DNA of 64,000 nucleotides from Raillietiella orientalis (Eukaryota): the NCBI GenBank assembly GCA_036172245.1, contig JAYWIR010000009.1:4526001-4590000 (forward strand), read 5' to 3'. The position numbers were made by a program, and so were the translations under genes. Each line of letters starts with the position of its first letter. Position 1 is the first letter of the stretch. Below are positions 62,323 through 64,000 of the stretch, piece by piece. The notes below the pieces were generated by a model. That model saw only the letters and a list, made by a program, of their open reading frames with translations. It was not told where the DNA came from and ran no database searches.

Positions 62323-64000
62323 TGTCAATAATCACAAATGGCTGGAATCTTTTCCACTTGCAAATATTTTTGAAACAGATTTATGTCTGTTTATTACTAA
62401 TTACTGTGGTGTAAACTAGAAAAATTCAGTGTTTAAACTATCTTGATTAAAAGATTTGCGGTTTTCCCCATTATACAACACAAACCCTTCCTATAGATAA
62501 CTTACACCTGTATCAGGTTACGAGATAACCACTTTCAGCAGGTACAGTTTGTCTTCAATTTACAAAGGATTTGGAACTGAGTACAAAAGTTAACTGGGCC
62601 AACAACGTTTCGCATGTGAGCGAGCATCTATTAAAGGGTTCAAGCCGCAGACTTCCAACATATATAGCTGTCCTTTGGTTAGTAATCGTTATTATGAGAC
62701 GCTGTAAATATCTGTTTACGTCAATCAAGAGCAACAGTTTGTCGTTCCGGCACTGTCACGACATGACAACCATGACTGTGTCTCACGGCGGTCCCTTTGA
62801 TCGCATTGCCTCACGGAAATGACTTAACGAACCATCACTTCAGCTATCAGCGAAAACAAAAAAAATGTACACTTCAAAACTCAACACCGTACTGGTACAT
62901 TTTGCGAGTTTCGTACAGAATGGCGCGAGTCCGATGATAACTTTTGTTCGCAAAAGTTTCCCACTCGTGGAGCCTCCCACCACCGTCTTCCCGAAGATGT
63001 GCGATCGTTGGGGGGAGGGGGGGGGAGTTAGGTCTCCCGAACCCACAGTTCCAAAACAGATTATGAGGGCGGAAGGCTCCTCGTTCACCGGCGAATCTAC
63101 CACGCGTAGAACGGACCACCACCACTCTTCTATTGCGGTTTTGTGTGGCAACACATGGACGTGTGTGTGGAGTTCAGTGTTCTCACGTGTAACGTGCCTC
63201 CCCCCACCCCCACACCCCCTTTTTCTCGTCTTCTTCTGAGTATTGCGAATAGTACGTGTTTGCACGGCTCTGTTCTTCATTGCAACGTGTGAATGATATG
63301 ATGGGCATTCACTCTGGGAACTTTCTGCACAATATGAAGGGCATTCGCGTAGCAGCCCTTCGACCCCCATTCCCTCTATCTGAGCGTAGCAGTCCCTAAG
63401 AAGAAAAAACCTTGTATAAGTTCCAGCTCCTGGTTCTCCTGAGCATGCTCTTATTAATCCCTAATTGAAGTAGCATAACCAGGTAGGCAGCCATCGTGAG
63501 TATTCGGTTGGAATGCCCATCGTTTTAGAAAACGCTGTCCATCAGCATTTTTAAACTTAGTGTTTCCGGAGACGTGAGCAAAGCTTTTTGGTATGCCACA
63601 ATTTTCAGTCAGCTATTATGGAAAGTGATTATTGTGTCCTGCGATGTGTACAAATGTATGTGTTTGCAAACGTTTACTGCAAAGGAAGGGACAAAATAAA
63701 TGTAACATGGCTATTCACTGATTTAAGGCATCTATTTATTCATTTGAAAAGGTTCCCAGTAACTCTGAATGGCGACCCAAAGTTGTGCAGCAGTGATCAA
63801 GCAGTTGCTGGCAATGCATTTAGAGTCAGTGAAGCAAACTATGCGGATCAGAAAATTACCGAAATGTCCCCCCTCCTCCCCCATCAAATCGTTTCTCAAC
63901 TTCCATCCATTAATGAAATCTTGGGATCTCTTAAGAGACCTAGTACTTTTTTTCCTTACTTCTCTTGTATACTGTCAACCTTTAACACGAGATTCAGTCT

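Noticed and set aside
1..64000. Apparent lipid-metabolism cluster (PTDSS, FPPS, MBOAT, prenyl-binding RhoGDI); CRISPR or prokaryotic systems
   Set aside because: The genes are separated by TE blocks and unrelated genes, so chance linkage suffices. There are no regularly spaced repeats or operon-like intronless genes.

Overview
This is eukaryotic (invertebrate, arthropod-like) genomic DNA, not prokaryotic. It alternates between two compartments. (1) AT-rich, compact islands of housekeeping genes with very short introns (mostly 40-55 nt): phosphatidylserine synthase (3'-truncated by the window edge), a YIL108W-like HExxHxxGxxH metalloprotease, a ZnT/SLC30 zinc transporter, farnesyl diphosphate synthase, an MBOAT1/2 (oysgedart-like) acyltransferase, COMMD2, USP22/nonstop and RhoGDI. 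(2) GC-richer transposon graveyards (about 8.8-31 kb, 47-50.6 kb and 53-58.7 kb). These hold decayed Tx1/L1-like, RTE-like and Jockey-like LINE pieces, a near full-length dead Buster-type hAT transposase, and weaker MULE, Tigger and hAT fragments. The most interesting observations are: two diverged tandem copies of an HDV-ribozyme-like fold upstream of, and on the same strand as, the Tx1/L1-like ORF2; an RT core lying inverted relative to the rest of that ORF2; an alternative mitochondrial-leader exon on FPPS; convergent gene pairs with stop codons only 27 and 86 bp apart; and very short introns, several with AAG acceptors. I found no rRNA, tRNA or CRISPR. Family assignments come from motifs I recognised by eye in hand translations, not from database searches.
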